NCBI RefSeq assembly: GCF_964194025.1
Contig: NC_134476.1
Span: 17,484,001-17,548,000 of the forward strand
Source of the DNA: Convolutriloba macropyga
Taxonomy: Eukaryota
Direction: 5' to 3'
DNA length: 64,000 bases
Positions 63,389 to 64,000 of this stretch are shown here, piece by piece. Positions within the stretch are counted from its first letter, which is position 1, and every line of letters starts with the position of its first letter. The notes beneath the pieces are model-generated. The model saw only the letters and a list, made by a program, of their open reading frames with translations, was not told where the DNA came from and ran no database searches. The position numbers were made by a program, and so were the translations under genes.

Positions 63389-64000
63389 ACCACGCTTATT
63401 TTCATCAATGACGATCGAAAAATGATTAGCTCGCTTTTTTCGCAAACAGTAATTTGAATAGTTGGCAAAGATCATTTTTCGTTCATCTTTTAGTTGCATT
63501 CCAAAGATGATGGATGGATACAAATGGGAGGGTGTGCTACTCGAGTTCCTGTTTACCTCTATGCTTATTATGCAGGTGAGATCACGAGTGCCCTAGTCGA
63601 GAATGGATGTTAATGTTATAGAAATCTGTTTGATTCTTGCAGATTCTTATAAGATGGTTCATCTTCTGGCAGATATTTCTGACAGATTCCTCCAAGATCA
63701 CTAATTTTTTGTCAATCTTCTACAAGATCAACATTATGTGCCAGATTCGTACCAGGCAACCATTTTTCTGTCAGATTCCTGCAAGTAAACATTTTGTGTC
63801 ATATACCGATAAGATAATGATTTGTGTGGTAAAAATCTGAAAATGTGTCCTATGAAGGATCTTTGGTTAGTTGACAATTTCGTCGATTTTGGTCTTGCAT
63901 CATTACTCTAATTGAAGAGTAAATGTTTTCTTGTAATATCAAGATGATCACCATCTCTTGAAGTTAAAAAAATGTTGCCAATAATGTGGCTCCGAGGAAT

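Overview
AT-rich eukaryotic (metazoan invertebrate-like) genomic DNA with spliceosomal introns, many transposon relics and two assembly gaps (31963-32458, 33576-34285); the species cannot be determined from sequence alone. The host genes are two tandem, same-strand aquaporin (MIP) paralogs and an intronless core-1 beta-1,3-galactosyltransferase-like gene on the opposite strand. Main observation: aquaporin A (MIP exons 15573-15991, 22070-22151, 23233-23544) has no start codon ahead of TM1 in its first MIP exon. It splices in phase, through a small exon at 12441, to a giant (>=5.9 kb) repetitive, low-complexity exon at the window start, predicting a >=2,280-aa aquaporin with a ~2,000-aa disordered cytoplasmic N-terminus. 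Paralog B (exons 59161-59301 and 62621-63030, continuing past the window) has a 47-aa first exon sharing the motifs MxNTVxK, SYGT/SI/V and TTT...[IV]EMEP with the giant exon, including across the predicted junction. Paralog A has an atypical pore (NPS/NPA; ar/R predicted T-N-A-R) and paralog B shares the H2 Thr. The remainder comprises a decayed env-bearing Gypsy-type LTR element (37380-47286, tRNA-Asn-like PBS), a CR1/L2-type LINE, an RTE fragment with zinc fingers, four Helentron/HINE-like copies and several CCC...GGG MITEs with 2-bp TSDs, one family carrying a tRNA-like core. All gene models are inferred by eye and lack transcript support.
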